Counted from the stretch's first letter, positions 8,536-18,228 are shown. The stretch: 64,000 nucleotides of DNA from an uncultured Nitrospiraceae bacterium (GCA_963730935.1 CAVSTP010000003.1:823270-887269), one strand, 5' to 3'. A program made the numbers and translations. The notes: generated by a model from the sequence alone, not told the origin.

Positions 8536-9708
8536 ATGGGTCAAAACAACCAGGCCGAACCTGCTCATTTCTTTCAGAATCGTCTGAAGAACGTCCGCAT
8601 CGCCAAAGGATTCTCGCAAGCGGAACTTGCCGCGAAATCCGGAATCACCAGACAAGCCGTCTCTGCCATTGAATCTGAAGTCTATCTTCCCACCACCGCA
8701 GTTGCCCTGCGATTGGCTTCCGTTCTCGCGTGCCGCGTGGAAGATCTCTTCAGCCTCGCCGAACCAGATGAGGTGATCGAGGGGACGTTCATTGGGACTT
8801 CACCACCGATCGACGCGCGGACTGTGCCGCTCCGAGTCAAAGTCGCGACGGTTGGGACAAAAACTATCGTTCGTCCGGTCAACGGACTTGGCGACGTGCT
8901 GTCGTACACGGTTCCGGCAGACGGATATTTAATCGATACCCTCTCACAGCGTTCGGGTGTCAAAGCCCGGGTGCGTCTCTCCCGCGATCGGCAATCTGTC
9001 GAGCGCGACATATCCGTGGCCGGGTGCGATCCCGCCATTTTCCTCGCCGGAGAACATTTGCGTCGCCAAAAAGATCAGGCCTCTGTGATCGGCTGGACCA
9101 TGGGCAGCACGGCTGCGTTGCAGGCGCTTGAGCGGGGAGAAGTGCATGTGGCGGGGCTTCACTTGTTCGACCCTTCGAGCGGCGAATCCAACCTGCCCTT
9201 CCTGAAACGCGTCCTGAAAGGAACGGCGTATGACGTCGTGACCTTCGCAACCTGGGAGGAAGGATTTCTCGTTCGACCTGGCAATCCAAAAGGGATCCAC
9301 GAAGCTGCTGATCTTGCCGAGTCGAACGTGAGATTGATCAATCGTGAAGAGGGATCCGGAGCCCGCCTTTTGCTCGACCAACGTCTGCGCGCTGCCGGTC
9401 TTGACCACACTCAGATACAAGGCTACGACACAGTCCTGTGGTCACATTTTGACGTGGCTCGTGCCATTGCGGGCCATCAGGCTGATGTCGGTATCGGCAT
9501 CCGATCGGCCGCTCAGCTGTTCGGATTGGATTTCGTCCCGGTCCAAGCCGCCCGTTACGACCTCGTCGTGCCGACGCCCTACCTCAGGTCTCATCCGACG
9601 CTCGCGAATCTCTTCGACACGCTCGTCAGCCGGTCGTTCCGAAATGAGATCGAGGCGCTGGGCGGCTACGACACACGAGACACAGGCAAACTGCATTCGC
9701 TGCGATAA
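8536..9708 (+). CDS. XRE-HTH regulator fused to PBP-superfamily molybdate-binding domain
   Basis: N-terminal 'LKNVRIAKGFSQAELAAKSGITRQAVSAIE'. C-terminal 'GSTAAL...HVAGLHL', 'INREEGSGAR', 'LGGYD'. Confidence 0.88.
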   Translation: MGQNNQAEPAHFFQNRLKNVRIAKGFSQAELAAKSGITRQAVSAIESEVYLPTTAVALRLASVLACRVEDLFSLAEPDEVIEGTFIGTSPPIDARTVPLRVKVATVGTKTIVRPVNGLGDVLSYTVPADGYLIDTLSQRSGVKARVRLSRDRQSVERDISVAGCDPAIFLAGEHLRRQKDQASVIGWTMGSTAALQALERGEVHVAGLHLFDPSSGESNLPFLKRVLKGTAYDVVTFATWEEGFLVRPGNPKGIHEAADLAESNVRLINREEGSGARLLLDQRLRAAGLDHTQIQGYDTVLWSHFDVARAIAGHQADVGIGIRSAAQLFGLDFVPVQAARYDLVVPTPYLRSHPTLANLFDTLVSRSFRNEIEALGGYDTRDTGKLHSLR

Positions 9709-9718
9709 GGAGATAGCG

Positions 9719-10547
9719 ATGATGTGGAGTCGGCTTGTCAGTCTGAGCGTTCTGTGTCCTGGGGCTAGAGATCTCTCCCGCCGTGGCCACGGAACAATTA
9801 GTCATTGCCACCTCACCCAGTATGCGTGTTCCCGTCGAGGCGCTGGGACGTCAGTTCGAAAAGACACATCCTGAGATCCGCGTACGGCTGTTTTTCGATT
9901 CGGGCCTCGACCTTCGCCGAACCATCGCCGGCATGGAGAATAGTCCTCGAGGGCAGTACTTCATCGGCTCAGGTCCTATTCATCTAGTGGCGCCAGGCGG
10001 CGATGAGCTGATTACTCGTCTTGAACAGAAGTATTACGTCCTGCCGGGAACGAAGCGGCCCTATGCGGAGGTGCCGCTGGTCATGGTCGTGCCCGAGGCA
10101 CTCGTTGATGCTCCGACGTCGTTTGAAGCCTTGGGCACGAACGAGACGTTGCGGATCGCGGTGGGTGACCCTGAACTGACCACCCTTGGTCACCAGACCA
10201 AGCAGCTGTTGACGACACTGGGAGTGTGGTCATCCGTCGAAGGCCGACTGGATGAGGCAAGCGACACACGGTCGGTGTTGGATCATTTGCTCAATGGGCA
10301 GGCCGACGTTGGGGTCCTTTTTGGACCCGACGCGGTGCAGGAAAGCCAACGCATTCGGATCGTGGCTGTTTCCGAGCGCGGCACGATTCCGCCCGTGGTC
10401 CATTCCATGGCGATGGAACGGTATTGTCCCAATCGCGCACTTTGCCAAGAGTTTCTTGGCTTCATTCAATCTGCTGAAGCCCAGAAAGAACTCCAGCGCC
10501 TGGGGTACACGCCGCCGCCACAAAGCCAGTCCATGAAGAAAGACTGA
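9719..10547 (+). pseudogene. ModA-family binding protein (atypical) with frameshift in the signal peptide
   Basis: AAGGAG + ATG 9719 encodes MMWSRLVSLSVL. The rest (VLGLEISPAVA-TEQL..., ORF 9783-10547) is in another frame, with the junction at ctgtgtcctg (~9755). Confidence 0.7.
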
Positions 10548-10579
10548 TTACAGATGCAGCTATCTAAGAAGAGGAGGCG

Positions 10580-11242
10580 GTGATGAGTAGCCGGATAGGG
10601 TTCTTGTCAGCGTTTGGTCTTATATTTTTGTTTTTCGCAAGCATCGTGTCGGGAGGGTGCGCCAGACTCCCATACACAACGTCGGTCATTCACGAGGATC
10701 GTCGTGTTGTCGTGTCACTTCAACGGGATCCCCATGCGGTTTCCTACACTCATCCCGTCCACCTCCAAGCCAACGACCTCGCTGCTATTCTGAACGGATT
10801 TTCGTTCCGTGAAAAACAGCGATTGCCGCTCCGGTGGTTCGCGGAAGAGGTGCCGCCGAAGAAGATTTTCCGTTCCGATGAAATGCAAGCTATCGTGCCT
10901 TTTCTAATAGAAGGGCTCGAGAAGGCAGCTCCTGACGAGCGCGTCTATTTTCAAGTGCTGGCGCCAGGGATGAATCCTGCCTCGGAACGAGACACGACCG
11001 CCGGATGGATCGCTGTGAGAGAGCCCTTCCTCCACCTAGCGCTCGAGCACTACCACGCGCAGTTTCCCATCAGGAAATCCGAACAGTGGGACCTCCGCTA
11101 TCCCGCCACCCCTCCGGAGCCAAAGACGTACCTGCTGTACTTCGAGCCGGGACGGTTCTGGGAGACAGAGCCGGTGAGCCGCAGGGAAGCCGTGCAGCTC
11201 CGTGAGTTTCTCAAGGCCGCCGTTCCCGCTTCTCCGAAATAA
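10580..11242 (+). CDS. Putative lipoprotein, paralog of 4808-5533
   Basis: GAGGAGG RBS, lipobox-like 'SGGC', shared 'PDERVYF' and 'GWIAVR'. Confidence 0.8.
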   Translation: MMSSRIGFLSAFGLIFLFFASIVSGGCARLPYTTSVIHEDRRVVVSLQRDPHAVSYTHPVHLQANDLAAILNGFSFREKQRLPLRWFAEEVPPKKIFRSDEMQAIVPFLIEGLEKAAPDERVYFQVLAPGMNPASERDTTAGWIAVREPFLHLALEHYHAQFPIRKSEQWDLRYPATPPEPKTYLLYFEPGRFWETEPVSRREAVQLREFLKAAVPASPK

Positions 11243-11314
11243 AGCACTGAACACCGTAGCGATAGGGCCATCCAAACTTGTTGCTCATTCATATTCTTTG
11301 CTTCGGGAGGGATT

Positions 11315-13072
11315 ATGGGAATGTCAAGCCGTTCAGATGCCAACGCGAGGCGGTGCCGTCGTGTACATGGCATCATCGTTCTGATTGGACTTATCTTCTG
11401 CATCCTGCAAGTGGATCCCGTTCAGGCGGTTGATTCTGGCAAACTTATCGAGAAGGACGGGCAATATGTCTTTGTCGAAAGCATGGATCCGGCCACGCGA
11501 CTCTTACTGGAGCGAGCCTATGAAAAAGGCATCATTAGTCAGGAGGAACGCGACAAGGCGATCAAAGAGTCCGAAGCCCGCGCGTATCTCATGCAGCCGA
11601 GTTTCAAAATGTGGTACGACCGCGGCTTCAATTTTTCAATGAACGATAACGCGTTTCTCCTCAAGATCCGAGGACGCATGCAGTTGCGGGAAACGACTCG
11701 TTGGAGAAACGATGCCTGGAGAAATCCGGGCGACGCAAAAAATTATCCGGAACTCCTTGGCGTGTTTGGCGACTACCGTGCCAATCGATCGGATGATTTT
11801 GCCTCGCAATTCAATTTACGGCGGGCTAGGCTGTTGTTTCTCGGTCACCTCCTCAGTCCAGACTTCAAGTACTTCCTTCAGATCGGATTTGAAACAGCTG
11901 AAAATGCCCAAACTCCTGGATCAGCCAACTTGCTGGACTACTATGTTCTCAGCACACATCTTCCCCTCTTAAATGTGCAACTGGGCCAGTACAAGATCTA
12001 CTTCAACCGCTCACAGATCAACAACACCGCCTCCATGCAATTCGCCGAACGGGCGCTGGTCATGGATGCGTTCACGGCCAACGGCATGAATCGGCGGGAT
12101 ATCGGTCTGACGATCATGAACGATGACGAAATCTACCCCGTCAATTATTACCTGGGGATTTTCAACGGCGCGGGTCCACTCTTTAATCGCTATGGCACCT
12201 ACAACAGTGAAGAAGCCACGGTGGGATGTCCTGGTGGGCAAACTGGCGGCAACCCTTTCCCTTCTCCGGCCGGATGCCCGGTCAATTCGCGCAATCTCAA
12301 TGCCAACTTTCGCGACGAGATCGACAAGCTGATGTATGCCGGGCGGCTCCAGTGGAATATTCTGGGACGGCCGGGATATGGCGAAGGCGATTTGGCCTAT
12401 TCAGAAGCCCCGCAGATGGCGGTGGGCGGCGGGCTCGCTTACAACCCCGGTATCAATACGAGCACCGACAACGCGTTTGTCGGCATCGACTTGGCGAACC
12501 TGAATTTCCGTCGTCAGTTGGCGACGTTCGGTAATGGACGCCAATTGGGGTGGGGGGTCGTCAACTACACGACTTACGCGTTCGACGGCGTCTTCAAGTA
12601 CAGAGGCTTCTCGCTTCAAGGGGAATATTACTTCAAAAACATCGAGCGGACATTCAAAGGTGCGCCGTGTTTACAATTCAATGCGGCGGGAGCTTGTACC
12701 GCCGTGACACCTCAGCTCTTGGGGAACGCGACCGGATGGTATGTGCAGTCGGGGTATTATCTGATTCCTCGACATTTGGAAGTGGCCGCGCGGTATGCCT
12801 ATTGGGACCCCGATACCAATGCGGCCGGCGACCTGATCAAAGAGGTCGATGTGTCGCTCAATTGGTTTCCCTTTGGGAACTATGATTATCAGCTCATGTT
12901 GACCTATACAAATCTGGCGATGGGCACGGGCGGCTATGCGATCGGCCGCAGTGCACCTTTGCCGACGCAGCCGCCTGGAGCGGTCAATCCCTCTGGAACG
13001 GTGCCGCTCGACGCGGTAGGGGGAACTTTGATTGAAAATGCGATTCGCGTGCAGCTGCAGATCTTCTTCTGA
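11315..13072 (+). CDS. Outer-membrane porin (OprO/OprP-like), paralog of 6368-8002
   Basis: Shared 'KGIISQEE', 'RRARL', 'LLDYY', 'GQYKIYFNR', 'RDIG', 'GWYVQ'. Terminal 'VQLQIFF'. Confidence 0.8.
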   Translation: MGMSSRSDANARRCRRVHGIIVLIGLIFCILQVDPVQAVDSGKLIEKDGQYVFVESMDPATRLLLERAYEKGIISQEERDKAIKESEARAYLMQPSFKMWYDRGFNFSMNDNAFLLKIRGRMQLRETTRWRNDAWRNPGDAKNYPELLGVFGDYRANRSDDFASQFNLRRARLLFLGHLLSPDFKYFLQIGFETAENAQTPGSANLLDYYVLSTHLPLLNVQLGQYKIYFNRSQINNTASMQFAERALVMDAFTANGMNRRDIGLTIMNDDEIYPVNYYLGIFNGAGPLFNRYGTYNSEEATVGCPGGQTGGNPFPSPAGCPVNSRNLNANFRDEIDKLMYAGRLQWNILGRPGYGEGDLAYSEAPQMAVGGGLAYNPGINTSTDNAFVGIDLANLNFRRQLATFGNGRQLGWGVVNYTTYAFDGVFKYRGFSLQGEYYFKNIERTFKGAPCLQFNAAGACTAVTPQLLGNATGWYVQSGYYLIPRHLEVAARYAYWDPDTNAAGDLIKEVDVSLNWFPFGNYDYQLMLTYTNLAMGTGGYAIGRSAPLPTQPPGAVNPSGTVPLDAVGGTLIENAIRVQLQIFF

Positions 13073-13089
13073 GCCAGGGAGGTCAGACG

Positions 13090-13617
13090 ATGATATTACG
13101 CAAGACGGATCTGGTCGCCTTCCAAGAAACACACGCCATGGCGGCTCGGGGAGTCGAGAGTGGCAGTCTTTCGGCAGAAGGGACCATCATGAATTGGGTG
13201 AGGGGACTGATCCGTTCGCAATATGTCGGCCTCGTTCGATCCGGCGTTCGAATCAAGGTCGGGGCGCGAACGGATCTCCGCATCAGATGGACGAAACGAG
13301 AAGAACGATGTTTCATCGTTGGCCAACCGGTTGTCGCCATAATCCCTGCCGGCGCAGTGCGTCTGGAAAGTGGACTGTTTCGCCGGAGCAAACAGCGGTG
13401 GAATCGCTGGGTTGGCCGCATCGTGTTGATCGAGCACCTGGAAGTTGGTGTCGTGTATTCAGTAAAAGTGCATAGAGAGGAATGGACCCTCAAGAGCCTG
13501 GGGTCCGTCCTCGGAGCGAAACAGCCGAGTAGGCCGTGGGACGTCGTCAATGTGGTCGTCGATCCCCAGGTTGTGGAATTGTCGGTTGCCGCTCCATGTT
13601 TGATGAGGCATACCTAA
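13090..13617 (+). CDS. TOBE/OB-fold-like protein
   Basis: Two 'N..G.I' beta-rich repeats ('GQPVVAIIPAGAV', 'VNVVVDPQVV'). Mod operon context. Confidence 0.55.
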   Translation: MILRKTDLVAFQETHAMAARGVESGSLSAEGTIMNWVRGLIRSQYVGLVRSGVRIKVGARTDLRIRWTKREERCFIVGQPVVAIIPAGAVRLESGLFRRSKQRWNRWVGRIVLIEHLEVGVVYSVKVHREEWTLKSLGSVLGAKQPSRPWDVVNVVVDPQVVELSVAAPCLMRHT

Positions 13618-13631
13618 GGAAGGATTGTTCG

Positions 13632-14435
13632 ATGAACAAGTTGAATCCCTATATCCGGAATTTATGTGTTGCAGGTTGGGCGGCGCTAATCATATGCGTA
13701 GGTGCGCAACTCGCGCTTCGTCAGGACGCTGTTGCCGAAGAGATCGTAATCGCCGCTGCGTCGGATTTGAATTTCGCAATCAAAGACGTCATTGTCGAGT
13801 ATGAGAAGGCGACCGGGAACCATGTCAAGTTGTCCTTGGGTTCGTCCGGGAACTTTTATGCGCAGATTCAGAATGGCGCTCCGTTCGATCTGTATTTTTC
13901 GGCGGACATCGCCTACCCCAAGAAACTGGAAGAGGCGGGTCTCATTGTGCCTGGGTCCTTATACCGCTATGCGGTCGGTCGGATCGTTCTCTGGACCAAT
14001 CATGCCTCCCGGCGGGATGTGTCCAAGGGAATGGATGTCCTTCGCGATCCTGCCGTAAAAAAAATTGCGATCGCCAATCCGAAACACGCGCCGTACGGGA
14101 GGGCCGCCGTTGCGGCGATGCAACACTTCAAGGTCTATGACGAGGCAAAAGACCGACTGGTGTTGGGAGAAAACATCTCGCAAGCCGCCCAATTCATCGA
14201 ATCCGGCGCCTGTGATGTCGGCGTGATTGCCCTCTCGCTGGCGCTGGCGCCGACTATGAAAGCGGCAGGCACCTATTGGGAAATTCCAAGTGACGCTCAT
14301 CCCCCACTGGAACAGGGTGCAGGGATCTTGAAATCGTCGAAACAACAAGAGACCGCGAAGCAATTTTTAGAGTTTATGCGAGGCAAACAGGGACAGGAGA
14401 TCATGACCCGTTATGGGTTTACGCTTCCGCAATAA
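13632..14435 (+). CDS. modA: Molybdate ABC transporter substrate-binding protein
   Basis: 'AAASDL', 'GSSG', 'NGAPFD', 'IANPKHAPYG', 'LGENISQ', 'YGF'. Confidence 0.93.
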   Translation: MNKLNPYIRNLCVAGWAALIICVGAQLALRQDAVAEEIVIAAASDLNFAIKDVIVEYEKATGNHVKLSLGSSGNFYAQIQNGAPFDLYFSADIAYPKKLEEAGLIVPGSLYRYAVGRIVLWTNHASRRDVSKGMDVLRDPAVKKIAIANPKHAPYGRAAVAAMQHFKVYDEAKDRLVLGENISQAAQFIESGACDVGVIALSLALAPTMKAAGTYWEIPSDAHPPLEQGAGILKSSKQQETAKQFLEFMRGKQGQEIMTRYGFTLPQ

Positions 14436-14730
14436 CCCGGTCTGGCTGTTGACGCTCGTGCTGCTGGGCGGCTGTTCCGATGCGGTGCAGATGACGCACG
14501 AAACGGAGCAGGGAGGCGTGGTGACCTTTCTCTTCAAGGAAGACCGGGGCGGTCCGATGGGCTCGCCGCACCGCAAGGCCGCACTGAAACTTGTCGAGGA
14601 GAAGTGTCCCAAGGGCTATATCGTCCTCCGCGAGGGTGAGATGAAAGGCTACAGCAGCATGTCCAGTGTAGAGGGCCAGGAAGGAGAAATTGCGAATCGT
14701 CGATGGGGAATCCAATTTCGATGCAAATAG
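14413..14730 (+). CDS. Small putative lipoprotein
   Basis: Lipobox 'LGGC', two further Cys, overlaps the modA stop region. Confidence 0.7.
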   Translation: MGLRFRNNPVWLLTLVLLGGCSDAVQMTHETEQGGVVTFLFKEDRGGPMGSPHRKAALKLVEEKCPKGYIVLREGEMKGYSSMSSVEGQEGEIANRRWGIQFRCK

Positions 14731-14738
14731 GAGCGGGT

Positions 14739-15248
14739 ATGCGATCGGTTACTATAGCGGTCGGCCTCGTTTGGTTGCTCACAGTAACGAGCGTTGGCTC
14801 CGAAGAGCATCTGAATTGTCGGCCGTCCGCGGCGGAAGGATTCTCCAATATTCAAATGGAAACATCAGACATCACGTTGCACGAACAACTGTTTGAGCAG
14901 GTATTTCACGCGCAGAGCATCCAGCGCTTGGACCACCCTCAAACGGATCTGATTCGCATCTATTGTCTCCGTGATGTCGTTGTGGCGATCAGGCAGGATC
15001 TTCGTCAACCGCGCCAAACCGGATGGGTGCAAATCAACTTTTGGGTCAAGGATGTGGCGTCGCTGCAGGAGACGCTGTCGACGGCCGTGCGTGACTCGGC
15101 ACTGGGTCAACTGGCCGACGCAGACCGAGATAAAGTGGTTCGGTTTCGGATGAAACAGGGTGTCATGCGAGGGCAGCGAAAGGTAGACCGCTTGGAAGTC
15201 TACGGACCCGAGGGGTTTCTGATCGGCTTTGATCAACCCACACATTAA
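14739..15248 (+). CDS. Secreted hypothetical protein, VOC/glyoxalase-like C-terminus
   Basis: Signal-like N-terminus, 'INFWVKDV' and 'YGPEGFLIGF'. Confidence 0.55.
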   Translation: MRSVTIAVGLVWLLTVTSVGSEEHLNCRPSAAEGFSNIQMETSDITLHEQLFEQVFHAQSIQRLDHPQTDLIRIYCLRDVVVAIRQDLRQPRQTGWVQINFWVKDVASLQETLSTAVRDSALGQLADADRDKVVRFRMKQGVMRGQRKVDRLEVYGPEGFLIGFDQPTH

Positions 15249-15260
15249 CAGGAGGACGCC

Positions 15261-15464
15261 ATGAAACTAAGCGCGCGCAATCAATTTCAAGGCACCGTGA
15301 CCCGCATCACCGAGGGGCAGGCGATGGCCGAGGTGGCGGTGAAAGTGGGTAATCTCGAGTTCATCGCGGCGATCACCGAAGGGTCGGTGAAAAATATGGG
15401 CCTCAAGCTGAACGATTCAGTTACTGTGGCAGTCAAAGCGACTGAAGTCATGATCGGGAAATAG
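15261..15464 (+). CDS. mop: Molybdenum-pterin binding protein (molbindin, TOBE)
   Basis: 'MKLSARNQFQG...AVKATEVMI', strong RBS. Confidence 0.92.
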   Translation: MKLSARNQFQGTVTRITEGQAMAEVAVKVGNLEFIAAITEGSVKNMGLKLNDSVTVAVKATEVMIGK

Positions 15465-15566
15465 CCGGCGTTGACTATGCCGACAGCGGCTTTCTACTAT
15501 GGCGCCGCCTTCGGAAAGCCGGCGCCATGGCGGCGCGCCGTTGAATCATCCGGTTAAGGCGGCACT

Positions 15567-16241
15567 GTGAGCTGGACGGCCATTTGGGTAACGTGCAAAT
15601 TGGCAAGCCTGACCTCGATGGCGCTGCTCGTCATCGGATTGCCTATTGCCTATTGGCTGACCTTTTCGAAGTGGCGGTGGAAATTTCTCGTCGAATCGAT
15701 CGTGGCGCTTCCGTTGGTGCTGCCACCGACGGTGCTGGGCTTTTACATCCTGGTCGCCATCGGTCCCCATAGTCCGATTGGCCGGTTGTATACCGACATC
15801 GTGGGTCAGACCCTCCCATTCAGCTTCCAGGGTCTGCTCGTTGCTTCGATCTTGTACAGTCTTCCATTTGCCGTTCAGCCGTTCGCGACAGCCTTCGATC
15901 AGGTTGACCGCAACCTCATCGAAGCTTCGTGGACTCTCGGCCTTTCCAAAGCCAAAACGTTCTTCAAGCTGATCATTCCACTCTCTGCCGCTGGTGTAAT
16001 CACCGGCGCAGTCTTGAGCTTTGCCCATACCCTCGGCGAGTTCGGGGTTGTCCTCATGGTCGGCGGGAACATCGAAGGGGTCACTCGAACGGTCTCCATC
16101 GACATCTATGATGACGTCCAGGCGCTCAACTATGGCGCCGCGGCCAACACGGCATTGTTTCTGCTGGTCGTTTCCTATGCCGTCTTACTGTTCATCTATG
16201 CGATGAATCGCAAGGTCTGGGCGGTATGGCCGCAGAAGTAG
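15567..16241 (+). CDS. modB: Molybdate ABC transporter permease
   Basis: 'LPLVLPPTVLGFY', 'FAHTLGEFGVVLMVGGNI'. Confidence 0.95.
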   Translation: MSWTAIWVTCKLASLTSMALLVIGLPIAYWLTFSKWRWKFLVESIVALPLVLPPTVLGFYILVAIGPHSPIGRLYTDIVGQTLPFSFQGLLVASILYSLPFAVQPFATAFDQVDRNLIEASWTLGLSKAKTFFKLIIPLSAAGVITGAVLSFAHTLGEFGVVLMVGGNIEGVTRTVSIDIYDDVQALNYGAAANTALFLLVVSYAVLLFIYAMNRKVWAVWPQK

Positions 16242-17317
16242 CGATCGAGATTACCAAGGCCTTTCCCGCACGCGCACCCATTAGCGCCGTGCTGAGGTAC
16301 CAGCTTCAGCAAGCCACCGCACTGGTGCTGTTCGGGCCGTCAGGATCCGGAAAAACAACGGTGCTACGGTCCATCGCCGGTCTCGAATGGCCGGAGCGAG
16401 GGAGCATCCGATTCATTTCGCGCACCTGGCTCGATACCACCGCAGGGATTCGCGTGGCTCCGCAAGATCGCCAGATCGGATATATGGCGCAGGACTATGC
16501 GTTGTTTCCGACCCACACCGTTGCGGGAAACATTGCCTATGGATTGTCGGCGCTTCCAGCGGCCGAACGGAACAGGCGTGTCGATGAAATGGTGGAACTG
16601 TTCCAGCTGCGCGGCCTTGAAACATCCAAGCCCAGGGAACTGTCCGGCGGGCAACAGCAGCGTGTGGCGTTGGCCAGGGCCGTGGCAACTCGGCCGCAAT
16701 TGCTCCTGCTCGATGAGCCGCTCTCCGCGCTCGATATCCCCACGAGGATGCAGCTCCGTGGAGAGCTCCGAACGTTGCTGAAGCGTCTGGCCTTGCCTTC
16801 GATCATCGTCACCCATGATTGGGCAGAAACACTCAGTCTCGGAGACCTGGTGGCGGTGATGGGAGAAGGACAGGTGATACAGGTCGGCTCACCACAAGAG
16901 GTCTTTTGTCGACCGGCCAACGCTATGGTGGCTCAAATTGTCGGTGTTGAAACGGTGATTGAAGGCCATGTCATCGAGGAGGTGGATGGGCTGGCGACCG
17001 TTCGGGTGAACGGAACCTTGCTGAAGGGTTTGGGCGGCTATGCGATCGGCTCCGCGGTGTTTGTCTGTGTTCGTGCCGAGGATGTGGTGTTAGAGCAGGG
17101 TGGCACCGGACTGACCAGCGCACGAAACCATCTGAATGGAAAAGTCATCGAGATCATCCCTCATGGCGTCATGGTCCACGTAAAGATTGACTGTGGCTTC
17201 CCACTCATCGCCATGGTCACCCGAGGGGCGCAGCAGGAGTTGAGGATCGAATTGGGATCTCCCGTGGTGGCCGTTATTAAGGCCGGAGCCGTCCATCTGG
17301 TGCCAAGAACGGAGTAA
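16226..17317 (+). CDS. modC: Molybdate ABC transporter ATP-binding protein
   Basis: GPSGSGKT, LSGGQQQR, C-terminal TOBE 'SARN...IKA'. Confidence 0.92.
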   Translation: MAAEVAIEITKAFPARAPISAVLRYQLQQATALVLFGPSGSGKTTVLRSIAGLEWPERGSIRFISRTWLDTTAGIRVAPQDRQIGYMAQDYALFPTHTVAGNIAYGLSALPAAERNRRVDEMVELFQLRGLETSKPRELSGGQQQRVALARAVATRPQLLLLDEPLSALDIPTRMQLRGELRTLLKRLALPSIIVTHDWAETLSLGDLVAVMGEGQVIQVGSPQEVFCRPANAMVAQIVGVETVIEGHVIEEVDGLATVRVNGTLLKGLGGYAIGSAVFVCVRAEDVVLEQGGTGLTSARNHLNGKVIEIIPHGVMVHVKIDCGFPLIAMVTRGAQQELRIELGSPVVAVIKAGAVHLVPRTE

Positions 17318-17642
17318 CGGCCACGACTCCTAGGGGTCTCCCCAGCTTCTGGGGATAACTCTGTGCGTAACGTTGAACCCATCACCGGAATTCCTGCATT
17401 TCATCCCTAGTACCACCTGATTGCCTATATTTTGGGCATAGGCCACTCCATTCTTCAGCTACCATATCTAGTGGTTGTTTCACGCAAAAGAGGAATAACC
17501 ACTATTCCTATATTGGGCGCGGGATTTCGCATGCAGGGTCGCGAAGTGCGAAGCCAGGCTTGGCGTTTCATCCGGAGTTATGCACAGACCACCGTCGGCA
17601 CAGCCTGTTTTACTCACCATAATAAGGGCCGCAAGATAGGGC

Positions 17643-17681
17643 TTGACAGGGTAGCGGTGTCTGTGTAACCATTGGTTACAC
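17643..17681 (+). promoter_or_regulatory. Promoter with 19-bp palindromic operator
   Basis: TTGACA 17643-17648. GTGTAACCA-T-TGGTTACAC 17663-17681 ends 1 bp before ATG 17683. Confidence 0.7.
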
Positions 17682-17682
17682 C

Positions 17683-18228
17683 ATGAAGCCAAACGATCTC
17701 AAACGTATTCGAGAGCAACTGGGATTGACGCAGCAGCAACTTGCTGATGCGCTCCGCACGACCCGGGTCTCGGTTGCGCGGTATGAGGCGGGGATGCGAC
17801 GGATCCCCGGCATGGTCAAGGTGGCGATCGATCGGCTTGGCCGGGTGTCTGAAATTCCAATGGCCGGCATTGTCGCCGCGGGACTTCCGATTGAACCGGT
17901 GCAACAGTCCGAACTCATCGACGTGCCGCCCAGCATGCTCCAAGGTGGAAAGACATTCGCGTTGCGTGTGAAGGGGGAGTCGATGAAAGACGAAGGAATT
18001 CTTCCCGGGGATCTCATCGTCGTTCGCAAACAGGAAACGGCGCAGAACGGCCAAACCGTCGTGGCGCTGGTCAACGGCGAGGCCACGGTGAAAACCTATG
18101 TCAAGAAGCCGGGACATATTGAACTGCATCCTGCGAATGCGGCCATGCAGCCGATTGTCGTACAGCCGGCTGATGAATTTCATATTGAAGGGGTGCTCAT
18201 CGGCGTGATTCGCCATTGTGCCATCTAA
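17683..18228 (+). CDS. LexA/CI-like repressor (XRE HTH + S24 peptidase)
   Basis: HTH 'LTQQQLADAL', Ala-Gly site 'VAAGLP', catalytic Ser 'GESM' and Lys 'ATVK'. Confidence 0.9.
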   Translation: MKPNDLKRIREQLGLTQQQLADALRTTRVSVARYEAGMRRIPGMVKVAIDRLGRVSEIPMAGIVAAGLPIEPVQQSELIDVPPSMLQGGKTFALRVKGESMKDEGILPGDLIVVRKQETAQNGQTVVALVNGEATVKTYVKKPGHIELHPANAAMQPIVVQPADEFHIEGVLIGVIRHCAI

